DNA of 64,000 nucleotides from Patescibacteria group bacterium (GTDB lineage: Bacteria > Patescibacteriota > Patescibacteriia > UBA1558), in the NCBI GenBank assembly GCA_016784445.1, contig JADHUR010000001.1:19464-83463 (forward strand). Reading direction: 5' to 3'. Below the pieces are notes generated by a model. The model did no database searches and had not been told where the DNA came from. It saw nothing but the letters and a program-made list of their open reading frames with translations. Both the position numbers and the translations under genes were made by a program. This document shows positions 29,822 to 39,800 of the stretch, piece after piece; position 1 is the stretch's first letter; each line of letters begins with the position of its first letter.

Positions 29822-30199
29822 ATGATTAAGAAATTAATCTTAGCTCTAGCTCTATCTCTGCTTATCTTTACCGGAATCGTCTTCGGTAACAACAAAGCAT
29901 CCCCTGCACAGAATGCAGATAGCTTTGTAAAGCAGAATGCCTTCATCGTGAAAATCAGCAATGAGATCACTTCTCAGGAGGTCAGTGCCATCCCGGCCGT
30001 TGAAATTGTCCTGAACAACTCAGCAATCTCAAGCGAATCACTATCTGCCTGTGAGGAAATGATGATCAGTGTATCCGGTGAAACAAGAAATGGAGGTGAA
30101 TGTGCCACTTTGGCCACCACCATACCAGTAAGCATTTCATTTGATGCAGCCATGACTACTCGTGAATATGCAAAAAAGAGAAACGCAACATTCACTTAA
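29822..30199 (+). CDS. small secreted protein (signal peptide), two Cys, GC-rich
   Basis: The start is placed at the ATG after a GGAGG SD. The N-terminus MIKKLILALALSLLIFTGIVFG is signal-like. A hairpin ccctgctaa/ttagcaggg follows the stop. Confidence 0.45.
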   Translation: MIKKLILALALSLLIFTGIVFGNNKASPAQNADSFVKQNAFIVKISNEITSQEVSAIPAVEIVLNNSAISSESLSACEEMMISVSGETRNGGECATLATTIPVSISFDAAMTTREYAKKRNATFT

Positions 30200-30270
30200 T
30201 TGCCGAACTATCAAAAAGGCCCTGCTAATAACTTTAGCAGGGTCTTGAATTTGTATAGAATTAAATAAAG

Positions 30271-30630
30271 CTATAAGCAAGCCTTTGCTTTTATAATATC
30301 TAAAACTCCAGGAGTTGCACCATTTGTTATTTCTAATGCCCTTTCTGCTCCCACAGCTTCTGTTAAACATGTTTCTAATTCTGGACTTATCTCTGTCGGT
30401 AAATTTGCAATATCCACACCAAGACCAGATAAAATCTTTTCTTGAGCAGAATCTAATAATGGATTTTCATCCACTACTTGAGAATTGTCTACATTACTTA
30501 TTGGCACGCTTTCATTAATAATACCTTTCAATCCAAAAGGATCAGCGATAAAGAGATATGCAATAAAAATCATCTCAATTACAAATAATACTCCAAAGAC
30601 TACAAATAAAATTGTAAAGAATTTTTTCAT
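30271..30630 (-). CDS. small membrane-anchored protein
   Basis: N-terminal TM; no recognisable motif. Confidence 0.35.
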   Translation of the reverse strand: MKKFFTILFVVFGVLFVIEMIFIAYLFIADPFGLKGIINESVPISNVDNSQVVDENPLLDSAQEKILSGLGVDIANLPTEISPELETCLTEAVGAERALEITNGATPGVLDIIKAKACL

Positions 30631-30633
30631 ATA

Positions 30634-31650
30634 TTAATCTAAATATTTATACTTATTATCTAAATGTTCATCATATGTACGACCATATATCACTCTGCCA
30701 TCATCCTTTGTTGTTAAAAAGAAATAATATGAATTAGGCATTGGATAAAGTACTGCCTTTATTGATGATAAACTAGGGTTTCCAATAGGTCCTGGTGGAA
30801 GTCCAGCATATTTATATGTATTATATGGAGAGTCTATTTTAGTATCTTTTATTGTTGACTGTGCCCTACCAGACTTTGTTATATAATTAACTGTAGCATC
30901 TGATTGAAGTGGATAATTTTCGCTTAAACGTCTTAAAAATAGATCCGCAACTAGCTTCCTATCACTTTCATTGCGAACTTCCATTTCAATAATGGACGCT
31001 AGTGTTACTATTTCATGTAAACTCATAGAGCTCTTAGCAATATCTTTTGCAAGTGGAGAGTATACTTTCTCTTCAAAAGTAGCAAGTAATTTATTTATTA
31101 TATCCTCAGGAGTTGCATTCGGTAAAATACGATAAGTATCTGGGAATAGATAACCCTGCAAATAGTCTGATAAACTAGAACGTGGTAAAAAAGAATGATC
31201 TGAATAATTTCTAGTTGTAGCAGATAAGAAATCATTACCAGATATACTTATACTAGATTCCAAATACTCCGCTATCTCATTATTAGTCCACCCTTCAATA
31301 AGCGTTATTCGTAAATCTTCAAGTGCTGAAGAAATAATTAGCTCATTTACAATTTCTTTAATACTCATATCAGTAGCTAAATAATGCTCACCCGCTTTTA
31401 ACTGAGAACCTTTATCTGTTAATTGAAGATAAGACTTAAATATAAAAATTGAAGATATAAAATTATCTTCTTTTAGTCTATTTGCAATACTATTTACAGA
31501 TTCACCAGTTTCAATAATAAACAGCTGATCACCATCAAGTGCTTGTCTTCCAAATATTGCTGAACCTATAAACCAAATAAATAATATTAAAAGTAATATT
31601 ATTACAAATTTATTAACTTCAAACTTCTCTTTCTTATATTCAGATATCAT
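30634..31650 (-). CDS. mltG: endolytic murein transglycosylase MltG (YceG family)
   Basis: N-terminal TM; the YceG core ...IEGWTNNEIAEYL... and ...YNTYKYAGLPPGPIGNPSLSSIKAVLYP... Confidence 0.85.
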   Translation of the reverse strand: MISEYKKEKFEVNKFVIILLLILFIWFIGSAIFGRQALDGDQLFIIETGESVNSIANRLKEDNFISSIFIFKSYLQLTDKGSQLKAGEHYLATDMSIKEIVNELIISSALEDLRITLIEGWTNNEIAEYLESSISISGNDFLSATTRNYSDHSFLPRSSLSDYLQGYLFPDTYRILPNATPEDIINKLLATFEEKVYSPLAKDIAKSSMSLHEIVTLASIIEMEVRNESDRKLVADLFLRRLSENYPLQSDATVNYITKSGRAQSTIKDTKIDSPYNTYKYAGLPPGPIGNPSLSSIKAVLYPMPNSYYFFLTTKDDGRVIYGRTYDEHLDNKYKYLD

Positions 31651-31660
31651 AAATTAAATA

Positions 31661-32314
31661 TTATTTTTTAACGAATGGTACAAACATGAATCCAGGGAAT
31701 CTTTTCTTCTCAAATCTGTCTTGACCAATTTTTTTGATCACTAACAATTCTTGTACACCTTCACCAACCGGAATCATCAATTTACCACCCAGCCTTAATT
31801 GCTCGAGTAAATCTTTTGGTACTTCACCCTTTGTTGCGCAAGCACATACAATTTTATCATAAGGTGCATTTAAAGAGAAACCTTTATTGCCATCACCATG
31901 TACTATTTGTATATTATTAAAACTATATTTAGAAATATTATTTCTAGCCTTTATGGTTAAATCTTTAATTATTTCTATTCCCGTCACCTTTCCACTGGGC
32001 CCAGTAATTTCAGCAAGAAGTGCAAGTTGCCACCCTGAGCCACATCCAATATCTAAGATATTATCTCCCGTATCAATATTTAATTGCTCAAGCATAAATA
32101 CAACAGTGCTTGGTTGAGAAATTGTCTGACCAAAACCAATACCCAGCGGATAATCTATATACGCCTCTGTTCGACTATTAGTATTCACAAAATCCTGACG
32201 CTTAATCTTATGTAAAGCTTCTTCAATCTTTTGAGACTTAAGTACGCCCTTACCTTTTAGATACTGTATTAAACTTTCTTGAGATATATTCTCCATAAAT
32301 ATATTATACCGCAA
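31661..32314 (-). CDS. pcm: protein-L-isoaspartate O-methyltransferase
   Basis: GQTISQPSTVVFMLEQL ... DIGCGSGWQLALLA are the PIMT motifs. Confidence 0.85.
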   Translation of the reverse strand: MRYNIFMENISQESLIQYLKGKGVLKSQKIEEALHKIKRQDFVNTNSRTEAYIDYPLGIGFGQTISQPSTVVFMLEQLNIDTGDNILDIGCGSGWQLALLAEITGPSGKVTGIEIIKDLTIKARNNISKYSFNNIQIVHGDGNKGFSLNAPYDKIVCACATKGEVPKDLLEQLRLGGKLMIPVGEGVQELLVIKKIGQDRFEKKRFPGFMFVPFVKK

Positions 32315-32366
32315 TTGACAGCATTAAGGCTATATGATTAGATTATATCTAACCCTAATTTACCCC

Positions 32367-32395
32367 TTGACTTTTTATGAATTATGTGCTAAGAT
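32367..32395 (+). promoter_or_regulatory. sigma70-like promoter TTGACT-N17-TAAGAT
   Basis: ttgact at 32367-32372 and taagat at 32390-32395. The tracked ORF start at 32377 lies inside it and is therefore spurious. Confidence 0.45.
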
Positions 32396-32472
32396 GTATG
32401 TATAAAAGCCCTCGAAGTGGGCTTTTTATGTTGCGAAAAAATGTATCGCACAAAAATAAAACAAAAACACAA

Positions 32473-33060
32473 ATGAATATATTTAATAAGAAAATAGGGA
32501 TTATTTTAAGTATTACATTCACAGTAAGCGCTGTTTGCTTGCTGTTTTTTATTCCTATAGGTAAATCTCAATCCCCTAGTATTTTAGATACTGATATTAA
32601 TACAGCAGATTTAATAATATTAACTAATGAGATAAGAAATATTAAAGGTTTAAATCCTTTAACTGAAAATATTAAACTTCAAATTGCAGCTACTAGTAAA
32701 GCTAAGCATTTAATACAGCATGACTACTTCTCGCACAATTCACCTAATGGTAAACAATTTTCAGAATGGATTATTGAATCTGGATATAATTTCCAAATAG
32801 TGGGTGAGAATTTAGCAATTGGTTTTGAAAGTAATAAAGATGTTATGAAGGCTTGGATGGATTCTCCATCTCATAAAGAAAATATTCTAAATGAAAAATA
32901 CAATGAGATTGGACTCATTGTAATGCAAGGAGATATTAATGGTAAACTTGAAACAATTATAGTTCAAATATTCGGCTCTCAACCAGTACTTAGATTATCT
33001 GAAAGCTTTAGTAAATATATTGAAACAAGTCCCCTTTCATTAAATCACTCCTATAGCTAA
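32473..33060 (+). CDS. CAP/SCP (YkwD-like) domain secreted protein
   Basis: HDYFSHNSPNG ... GYNFQIVGENLAIGFES ... AWMDSPSHKENIL is the CAP signature. The start is chosen at MNIFNKK because a signal/TM segment follows; the alternative ATG is at 32428. Confidence 0.7.
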   Translation: MNIFNKKIGIILSITFTVSAVCLLFFIPIGKSQSPSILDTDINTADLIILTNEIRNIKGLNPLTENIKLQIAATSKAKHLIQHDYFSHNSPNGKQFSEWIIESGYNFQIVGENLAIGFESNKDVMKAWMDSPSHKENILNEKYNEIGLIVMQGDINGKLETIIVQIFGSQPVLRLSESFSKYIETSPLSLNHSYS

Positions 33061-33855
33061 ACAAATAATTAAAATAAAAGCTAATGCTAAACGGTAATAT
33101 GCAAAAACCTTAAGTGAATGTGAATTTAAAAACTTAAGTAAAAATTTAATAACAAAAAAAGAAAAAACAAAACTTATGAACAATCCAATCCCCAGCATTA
33201 TAATATTAGTACTCGTCGTGCCTTGGCTAGCCATCATCATCAAACCACGAATACTAGCCCCAAGTATAATAGGAATAGCAAGGAGGAAAGAATAACGAGC
33301 AGCTTCTGCTCGTTTTAGTTTACAGAGCATTCCAGTAATAATAGTAATTCCAGATCTAGACGTACCAGGTATTAAAGCTAGACATTGAGCTAGGCCAATA
33401 TATATTGCTTCCTTAACACCAACCTTAAATACATCTCCCTCTCCCCTGACTTTTCTCTCTACAAGAAGAAATACAATACTTACAATAATAAGCATTGCAA
33501 TCACCCAATAAATTGAACGGAATATATTTGTAATAATATCTTCCATAAAAAAACCTACTAATGCAGCCGGTATCGTAGATAAAATAATAAGCCAACCCAG
33601 TCTACTATATGCGGTCACTTTACCTGAGAATGAAATAAACCATGCTTTGAGTATTCTTACTATATCCTTCCAAAAATATACAATCAAAGCTATTACAGAT
33701 CCCAAATGTAAAACAATATCCAAATGTAATGCAGTTACAGGCGAATTAAACAAATTATGCCAAATAACTAAATGACCAGAGCTAGAAATTGGAAGAAATT
33801 CTGTTAGACTCTGGATTATTCCACTGATTATAATGTATAATATATCCATAAACAT
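33040..33855 (-). CDS. uppP: undecaprenyl-diphosphatase
   Basis: LTEFLPISSSGHLVI ... GTSRSGITI are the BacA/UppP motifs; eight TM helices. Confidence 0.9.
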   Translation of the reverse strand: MFMDILYIIISGIIQSLTEFLPISSSGHLVIWHNLFNSPVTALHLDIVLHLGSVIALIVYFWKDIVRILKAWFISFSGKVTAYSRLGWLIILSTIPAALVGFFMEDIITNIFRSIYWVIAMLIIVSIVFLLVERKVRGEGDVFKVGVKEAIYIGLAQCLALIPGTSRSGITIITGMLCKLKRAEAARYSFLLAIPIILGASIRGLMMMASQGTTSTNIIMLGIGLFISFVFSFFVIKFLLKFLNSHSLKVFAYYRLALAFILIICLAIGVI

Positions 33856-33867
33856 TTAATAACTATT

Positions 33868-34281
33868 ATGCCAATCTATTTAATACCGATTATAGTACTT
33901 GCGGTAAATCAAATTTTAAAACTTATTATTGAAACTATCAAGGGTAAATTCTCCTGGAATCATCTGATGAGTAATGGTGGCATGCCATCTTCTCACTCTT
34001 CTTTTGCAGTATCTGCTGCAACTCTTATATATTTAACTGCTGGTCCTGAATCCCCTATATTTGTACTAGCTCTTACGACTTCATTAGTTATAATCTGGGA
34101 TGCTTTTACAACTAGACATCAAATAGGCTTTCAAGGAAATATCTTAAATAAACTTATTAAAGAGTTACCAGATAAGGAAGAATATAAATACCCATTGCTT
34201 AATGAAAGAACTGGTCATAGTTTAAGTGAAGTAATAGTTGGTATAATTGTTGGTATTGGCCTCACTTGGCTATTGTTCTAA
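33868..34281 (+). CDS. divergent PAP2-family membrane protein (YuiD-like)
   Basis: The GGMPSSHS motif is characteristic of the divergent PAP2 family. Confidence 0.7.
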   Translation: MPIYLIPIIVLAVNQILKLIIETIKGKFSWNHLMSNGGMPSSHSSFAVSAATLIYLTAGPESPIFVLALTTSLVIIWDAFTTRHQIGFQGNILNKLIKELPDKEEYKYPLLNERTGHSLSEVIVGIIVGIGLTWLLF

Positions 34282-34292
34282 AATCTATTAAA

Positions 34293-35876
34293 TTATATTA
34301 AGCTCGTACCAGTCATTTGGTCGGGCTTTTTTAATTTCATAATTTTCAATATTGTAGGAGCAACATCAGATAGAATACCAGTTGGTACTTGTCCTGCTAA
34401 ATTTTGAGGTGTTACACCCGGAATTATTGCCTTACCCTTTAACTCATTTGCTAGAATATATAATGGTACAGGATTTACTGAATGTTCTTTTACCATCTCC
34501 CCTGTTTGCAAATTGAATAACTCTTCTGCATTACCATGATCTGCTGTAATCATAGCTACCCCTTCGCTCTCAAGTACTGCATCTACAATTCTACCAACAC
34601 TTTCATCAATATATTCTATAGCCTCAATAGTTGCCTTAATATTTCCTGTATGTCCCACCATGTCTGCATTGGCAAAGTTTAAAACAATAAAGTCATACTT
34701 ATCTGCCTTAATCTCTTTAAGTACTGCTTCTGTTACTTTATCTGCACTCATTTTAGGCTCTTCATCATATGATGCTATTCTAGGTGATGCAATGAGTACT
34801 CTATCCTCTCCCTCATATTCATTTTCCTTACCACCATTAAAGAAAAATGTTACATGAGCATATTTCTCTGTTTCAGCAATATGTAATTGTTTAAGACCAG
34901 CCTGAGATATAACTTTAGCAAGCGGCTCTTCTATCGCAATTGGTGGGAATGCAACTTTGATTGGTAAATCCTTCTCATACTCTGTCATTGCTACAAAATA
35001 TATATTTGGAAAATACTCACGATCAATTACTAATTTATCAAAACTCGGTAATACAAATGCTTTTGTTAATTGTCTAACTCTATCTGCTCTATAATTAAAA
35101 CATATTATTGAATCTTTATCTTTAATAATGCCTTGAGATTTATCATTCTCAATTACAACAGGAATAAACTCTTCATCATATACGCCCTGTTCATATGAAG
35201 CCTTAATAGCATCGGCTGCTGTTTTAAATTTATTAATAGACTTTCCATTTACCATTGCATCATATGCCTTTGTAATTCTCTCCCAATGATTATCTCTATC
35301 CATTGCATAATATCTTCCAGAGATTGTTGCAATTTTACCGATGCCAATACTTGTAATTTTACTTTCCAGTTTAGCAATAAATTTTTCACCTGCATTATAT
35401 GATGTATCTCTACCATCTAATATTATATGTATATACACATTTTCTACTTCTTGTTGTTTAGCAACTTCAAGTAATGCATAAAGATGTTCATTATAGCTAT
35501 GTATTCCACCATCAGACAAAAGACCAATCATATGCAATGAACTATTATTATCCTTTGCATGTTTACAGGCAGCAATAAATTCTTCATTCTCATAAAATGA
35601 ATTATCTGCAATTGCTTTAGTAATGCGTGGCAGACTCTGATAAATGATAGTACCACTTCCAAGTGATAAATGACCTACCTCTGAGTTGCCCATTTCACCC
35701 CAAGACAGCCCCACAGACTCTCCAGACGCCTGTAATGTCACAACTGGGTATTGCAAGACATAGCCGTCCAAATTAGGCGTTTTAGCAAGTTCTATAGCAT
35801 TAGCTTTAGCAGCTGGTGCTGTACCCCATCCATCTAATATCATTAAGACAACTGGCTTCGGTCTATCTTCAAACAT
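34293..35876 (-). CDS. gpmI: 2,3-bisphosphoglycerate-independent phosphoglycerate mutase (iPGM), copy 1
   Basis: VVLMILDGWG, catalytic-Ser region GNSEVGHLSLGSG, LLSDGGIHS, ISGRYYAMDRDNHWERI, ADHGNAEE. Confidence 0.9.
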   Translation of the reverse strand: MFEDRPKPVVLMILDGWGTAPAAKANAIELAKTPNLDGYVLQYPVVTLQASGESVGLSWGEMGNSEVGHLSLGSGTIIYQSLPRITKAIADNSFYENEEFIAACKHAKDNNSSLHMIGLLSDGGIHSYNEHLYALLEVAKQQEVENVYIHIILDGRDTSYNAGEKFIAKLESKITSIGIGKIATISGRYYAMDRDNHWERITKAYDAMVNGKSINKFKTAADAIKASYEQGVYDEEFIPVVIENDKSQGIIKDKDSIICFNYRADRVRQLTKAFVLPSFDKLVIDREYFPNIYFVAMTEYEKDLPIKVAFPPIAIEEPLAKVISQAGLKQLHIAETEKYAHVTFFFNGGKENEYEGEDRVLIASPRIASYDEEPKMSADKVTEAVLKEIKADKYDFIVLNFANADMVGHTGNIKATIEAIEYIDESVGRIVDAVLESEGVAMITADHGNAEELFNLQTGEMVKEHSVNPVPLYILANELKGKAIIPGVTPQNLAGQVPTGILSDVAPTILKIMKLKKPDQMTGTSLI

Positions 35877-37428
35877 GTTTTTTTGTAATCAAAGAATTAG
35901 CTGTCATAAGTTTAGGTTTCTTTACATCAAGCATATCCAGTATTGTAGGGGCTACATTAGCTAAACTTCCTGTCTTTAATTTATATTTATGCTTATTTAC
36001 AATAATGAAAGGTACTACATTATCTGTATGTTCTGTATGCACTTCTCCTGTTTCTAAATTAATCATCTCTTCAGCATTTCCATGATCGGCAACAATAATT
36101 AAACTACCATTAGTCTTATCTACTGATGCCTGTATTTGACCAACGGCCCTATCTACAGCCTCTACTGCCTTAATACCAGCAAGTAAATTACCCGTATGAC
36201 CAATCATATCTGGATTTGGAAAGTTTACACATATAAAATCATACTGTTTTTCTTTAAGACTATTAACAATTATCTTCGTTAAATCTTTAATAGACATCTC
36301 AGGTCTCATAGCATAGGACTTAACTTTAGGAGATGGAACTTTAATACGGGCCTCACCATCTACTGGATCAGCATATCCACCATTAAAAAAGTATGTAACG
36401 TGTGCAAATTTTTCACTTTCTGAAATATATAATTGAGTATAATCTTTAAGTGCCATAGGTAATGTATCTTTTACATCTTCACTTGGATAGGCAACTAATA
36501 TTTCACCGAGATCTGGACCAAAATCTGTCATCGCAACAAATTTAATATTCTTAAACACTCTTTGCCTATGAAATGACTCTGGATTCATCTTGCCAAAATC
36601 TTTTTGAACAAAAGCTTTTACTAATTGTCTAGCCCTATCTGATCTTAAATTAAAGAAAAATACCGAATCATTTTCTTTAATAGTAACTATAGATTTTGCA
36701 TCTTTAGCAATAATTGTTGGCTTGATATATTCATCTGTCTCATTTCTATTATATGCTTGTAATATAGCTTCCTCTGGAGTACTAACAAGTCTACCAGTAC
36801 CTTTTGTTAAAAGATCATATGCTTTCTGAGTTCTTGTCCATGATTTATTCCTATCCATTGCATAAAATCTACCCATGATAGAAACAATCTTTTCTCCATT
36901 TTTGAAACCTTTCTTCACCTCATCAAGATATGTTAAAGCTGCATGCTGCGGAGCATCTCTACCATCTGTAAATAGATGAATATATACATTAGCAACATTG
37001 TGCTGCTTCATTAATTCTAATAATCTCAATAAATGGCCACGTTCTGCATGCGCTGATTCATGGCCAGATAATAATCCCATTAAATGGATAGCGGATTTAT
37101 TCTTCTTTGCATATTTAATTGCATCAATAAATGCAGGGTTTTTAAAGAACCTACCACTAGCAATGGCATCATTAATAATAACTGAATCTTGCTTTACAAT
37201 TCTTCCTGCTCCTAAATTTAAATGGCCAGCCTCTGAATTACCAAATTGATTACGAGGAAGGCCAACATATTTACCAGAAGCTTGCAAAGTTGTATGAGAA
37301 TAATTATCCCAAAACTTATCTATATTCGGTGTATTAGCTATTGCTATTGCATTACCTTTGGAGGGCTTGGCGAGTCCCCATCCATCTAATATTGCAAGAA
37401 CTATTGGTTTATATTCTTTATTTGTCAT
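35869..37428 (-). CDS. gpmI: iPGM paralog, copy 2 (divergent metal-site motif)
   Basis: IVLAILDGWG, GNSEAGHLNLGAG, MGRFYAMDRNKSWTRT and ADHGNAEE are conserved, but the SDGGVHSH box reads LLSGHESAHAERGH. Confidence 0.85.
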   Translation of the reverse strand: MTNKEYKPIVLAILDGWGLAKPSKGNAIAIANTPNIDKFWDNYSHTTLQASGKYVGLPRNQFGNSEAGHLNLGAGRIVKQDSVIINDAIASGRFFKNPAFIDAIKYAKKNKSAIHLMGLLSGHESAHAERGHLLRLLELMKQHNVANVYIHLFTDGRDAPQHAALTYLDEVKKGFKNGEKIVSIMGRFYAMDRNKSWTRTQKAYDLLTKGTGRLVSTPEEAILQAYNRNETDEYIKPTIIAKDAKSIVTIKENDSVFFFNLRSDRARQLVKAFVQKDFGKMNPESFHRQRVFKNIKFVAMTDFGPDLGEILVAYPSEDVKDTLPMALKDYTQLYISESEKFAHVTYFFNGGYADPVDGEARIKVPSPKVKSYAMRPEMSIKDLTKIIVNSLKEKQYDFICVNFPNPDMIGHTGNLLAGIKAVEAVDRAVGQIQASVDKTNGSLIIVADHGNAEEMINLETGEVHTEHTDNVVPFIIVNKHKYKLKTGSLANVAPTILDMLDVKKPKLMTANSLITKKHV

Positions 37429-38683
37429 TTAATTGATTATATATTTCTAAAAGCCTATTATATTTTACAACTCTTTCCCCTCTTGAAGTTGCTCCTGTTT
37501 TTATGTATTCAGCATTAACAGCTACTGCTAAATCTGCAATGAAATCATCTGTTGTTTCACCACTTCTATGTGAGATAGCAATCTTATATTCATTATCTTG
37601 TGCAAGTTTTATAGCTGCCATTGTCTCTGATACTGACCCAATTTGATTTACTTTAATAAGAATAGCATTAGCTACACTCTCATCTATACCCTTTTGTAAT
37701 CTTTTAACATTAGTTACAAAAAGATCATCTCCAATAAGTGGAATACCTTTAAACGTCTCATTTGCTGTCATCGTTTTCCAACCAGTCCAATCATCTTGAT
37801 CAAGTGGATCTTCAAGTGCAAGTATTGGATAATCTTTTACCCAAGACTCAAACATAGCTATCATATCTTCTGAAGAGGCTTTAATACCTTCTCCTTTTAA
37901 TTCATATAAGCCAGACTCTTTATTATAGAATTCTGATGAACCAGCATCCATTCCCATGTATATATCCATGCCAGGTTTATATCCTGCATCTTTAATTGCT
38001 TTAGCAATAGCTTCCCAAACCTCCTTGGCTGTATTTAATTGTGGTGCATAGCCACCTTCATCACCAACATTTGTAGAATGACCACCAGCTTTTAATTCAG
38101 TACCTAAAGTATGGAAAACCTCAACGCAAGATCTAAGAGCTTCTGGATAATCTTTAATACCAGCTGGAATAATCCAAAACTCCTGCCAATCTAAAACATT
38201 ATCTGCATGCTCTCCTCCATTTACAATATTTGAAAGTGGAGTTGGTAATAGATAATCCTTTTTATCTAATGAATATATATCTCTTAAATGTTCATATAAT
38301 GGTTTATTACTTGCTAGTGCCCCTACTCTAGCTGCTGCTAGTGACACTCCCAAAATTGCATTAGCTCCAAACTTACTCTTATTTTCTGTACCATCTGCTG
38401 CAATCATCATACTATCTAAATTCTGTAAATCATTTACATCTTGCCCAATAAGTAATTTAGCAATATCTTTATTAACATTAATAATAGCTTTTAATACGCC
38501 TTTACCACCAAATCTTTTCTTATCTCCATCTCTCAATTCTAAAGCTTCATGCACACCTGTTGAAGCACCGGAAGGAACGGAAGCTTTTGCCTTAAAGCCA
38601 CCTACCACACCTACAGTTACTTGAATTGTAGGATTACCTCTTGAATCTAATATCTCTATAGCCTCTATTGATTTAATTTTCAT
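37418..38683 (-). CDS. eno: enolase
   Basis: SRGNPTIQV ... GASTGVHEA ... SHRSGETTD. Confidence 0.95.
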   Translation of the reverse strand: MKIKSIEAIEILDSRGNPTIQVTVGVVGGFKAKASVPSGASTGVHEALELRDGDKKRFGGKGVLKAIINVNKDIAKLLIGQDVNDLQNLDSMMIAADGTENKSKFGANAILGVSLAAARVGALASNKPLYEHLRDIYSLDKKDYLLPTPLSNIVNGGEHADNVLDWQEFWIIPAGIKDYPEALRSCVEVFHTLGTELKAGGHSTNVGDEGGYAPQLNTAKEVWEAIAKAIKDAGYKPGMDIYMGMDAGSSEFYNKESGLYELKGEGIKASSEDMIAMFESWVKDYPILALEDPLDQDDWTGWKTMTANETFKGIPLIGDDLFVTNVKRLQKGIDESVANAILIKVNQIGSVSETMAAIKLAQDNEYKIAISHRSGETTDDFIADLAVAVNAEYIKTGATSRGERVVKYNRLLEIYNQLNDK

Positions 38684-38684
38684 A

Positions 38685-39800
38685 TTATTTATTATTTAAT
38701 TTTTTTAATATTGGTAATTGCTTACTCTCTAAATATTGAAGCATTGCTCCCCCTCCAGTAGATATGAAATTATAGTATTTATGTAAATTCAAATGCTTAA
38801 TAATTGCTAATGTTTCGCCTCCACCTACAATTGTTTTTGCCTTAGCTGAAGCTATTGCCATAGCGACTGCATAACTTCCTTTTTCATAACCAACCCTTTC
38901 AAATACTCCCATTGGACCGTTCCAAATAATAGTCTTTGCTCCTTTTATTATATCCGAATAATACTCTATTGTAATTGGCCCAATGTCTAATATTTTATCA
39001 TAATTCTTAACTTCTGCCACAGGTTTAATTATTCTCTTATTCCTTGACTCAACAACCACATCTATTGGTAAAAGTATCTTTTTATTCAATAATTTCTGAC
39101 ACATATCTACCATTTCTGGCTCATATAATGATTTACCGATTGGTAAATCTAATGCTTTCAAAAAATTATTAGCAAGTGCACCACCTACTATTAAATAATC
39201 TACTTGTGGTAATAGTTTTTTAATTAGCTGGACTTTTGTAGATATCTTTGCACCGCCCATTACAGCAACGCCACCTTTAGATTTTCTTAAATCTAAATTC
39301 TGTAATTCATGTTCAAATCTATAGCCAATATATGTTGGTAAATAATCTGGTAAATAATATACTGATGAATCATTTCTATGACTTGATGCGAATGACTCAA
39401 ATACAAAATAATCTCCTAGGTCTGCCAATTCCTTAGCAAATTTTTTACTTCCCTTTTGTTCTTCCTTATTAAAACGAATATTCTCTAAGAGTATTAATTT
39501 CGCACCACTGTCTTCTACTTTCAAATAATCTGTTATAAACTCTACTTTCCGTTTTAGTAACTTCTCTAAACTATTTACAACTGGTTTTAGACTTAAAGAT
39601 CTATCTATTCCCTCGGGTCTTCCAAAATGAGATATTAAAACAACCTTTGCTTTTTGTTTAAGAAGATAATTAATTGTAGGTAATGCTGCCTCAATCTTAA
39701 AATCATCCAAAACTTTTCTACCTTTAAGAGGTACATTAAAATCTACACGTACAAGTACTGTCTTATCCTTTATATTTTTTAATGTTTTAAGTTTTTTCAT
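38685..39800 (-). CDS. pgk: phosphoglycerate kinase
   Basis: VLVRVDFNVPL ... the hinge and ATP-binding motifs; the start overlaps the upstream gene's stop (ATGA). Confidence 0.95.
   Translation of the reverse strand: MKKLKTLKNIKDKTVLVRVDFNVPLKGRKVLDDFKIEAALPTINYLLKQKAKVVLISHFGRPEGIDRSLSLKPVVNSLEKLLKRKVEFITDYLKVEDSGAKLILLENIRFNKEEQKGSKKFAKELADLGDYFVFESFASSHRNDSSVYYLPDYLPTYIGYRFEHELQNLDLRKSKGGVAVMGGAKISTKVQLIKKLLPQVDYLIVGGALANNFLKALDLPIGKSLYEPEMVDMCQKLLNKKILLPIDVVVESRNKRIIKPVAEVKNYDKILDIGPITIEYYSDIIKGAKTIIWNGPMGVFERVGYEKGSYAVAMAIASAKAKTIVGGGETLAIIKHLNLHKYYNFISTGGGAMLQYLESKQLPILKKLNNK

Noticed and set aside
32377-32472. Tracked start codon of the CAP-domain gene at 32377
   Set aside because: It lies inside the -35/-10 boxes of its own promoter. 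Translation must begin at 32428 or 32473.
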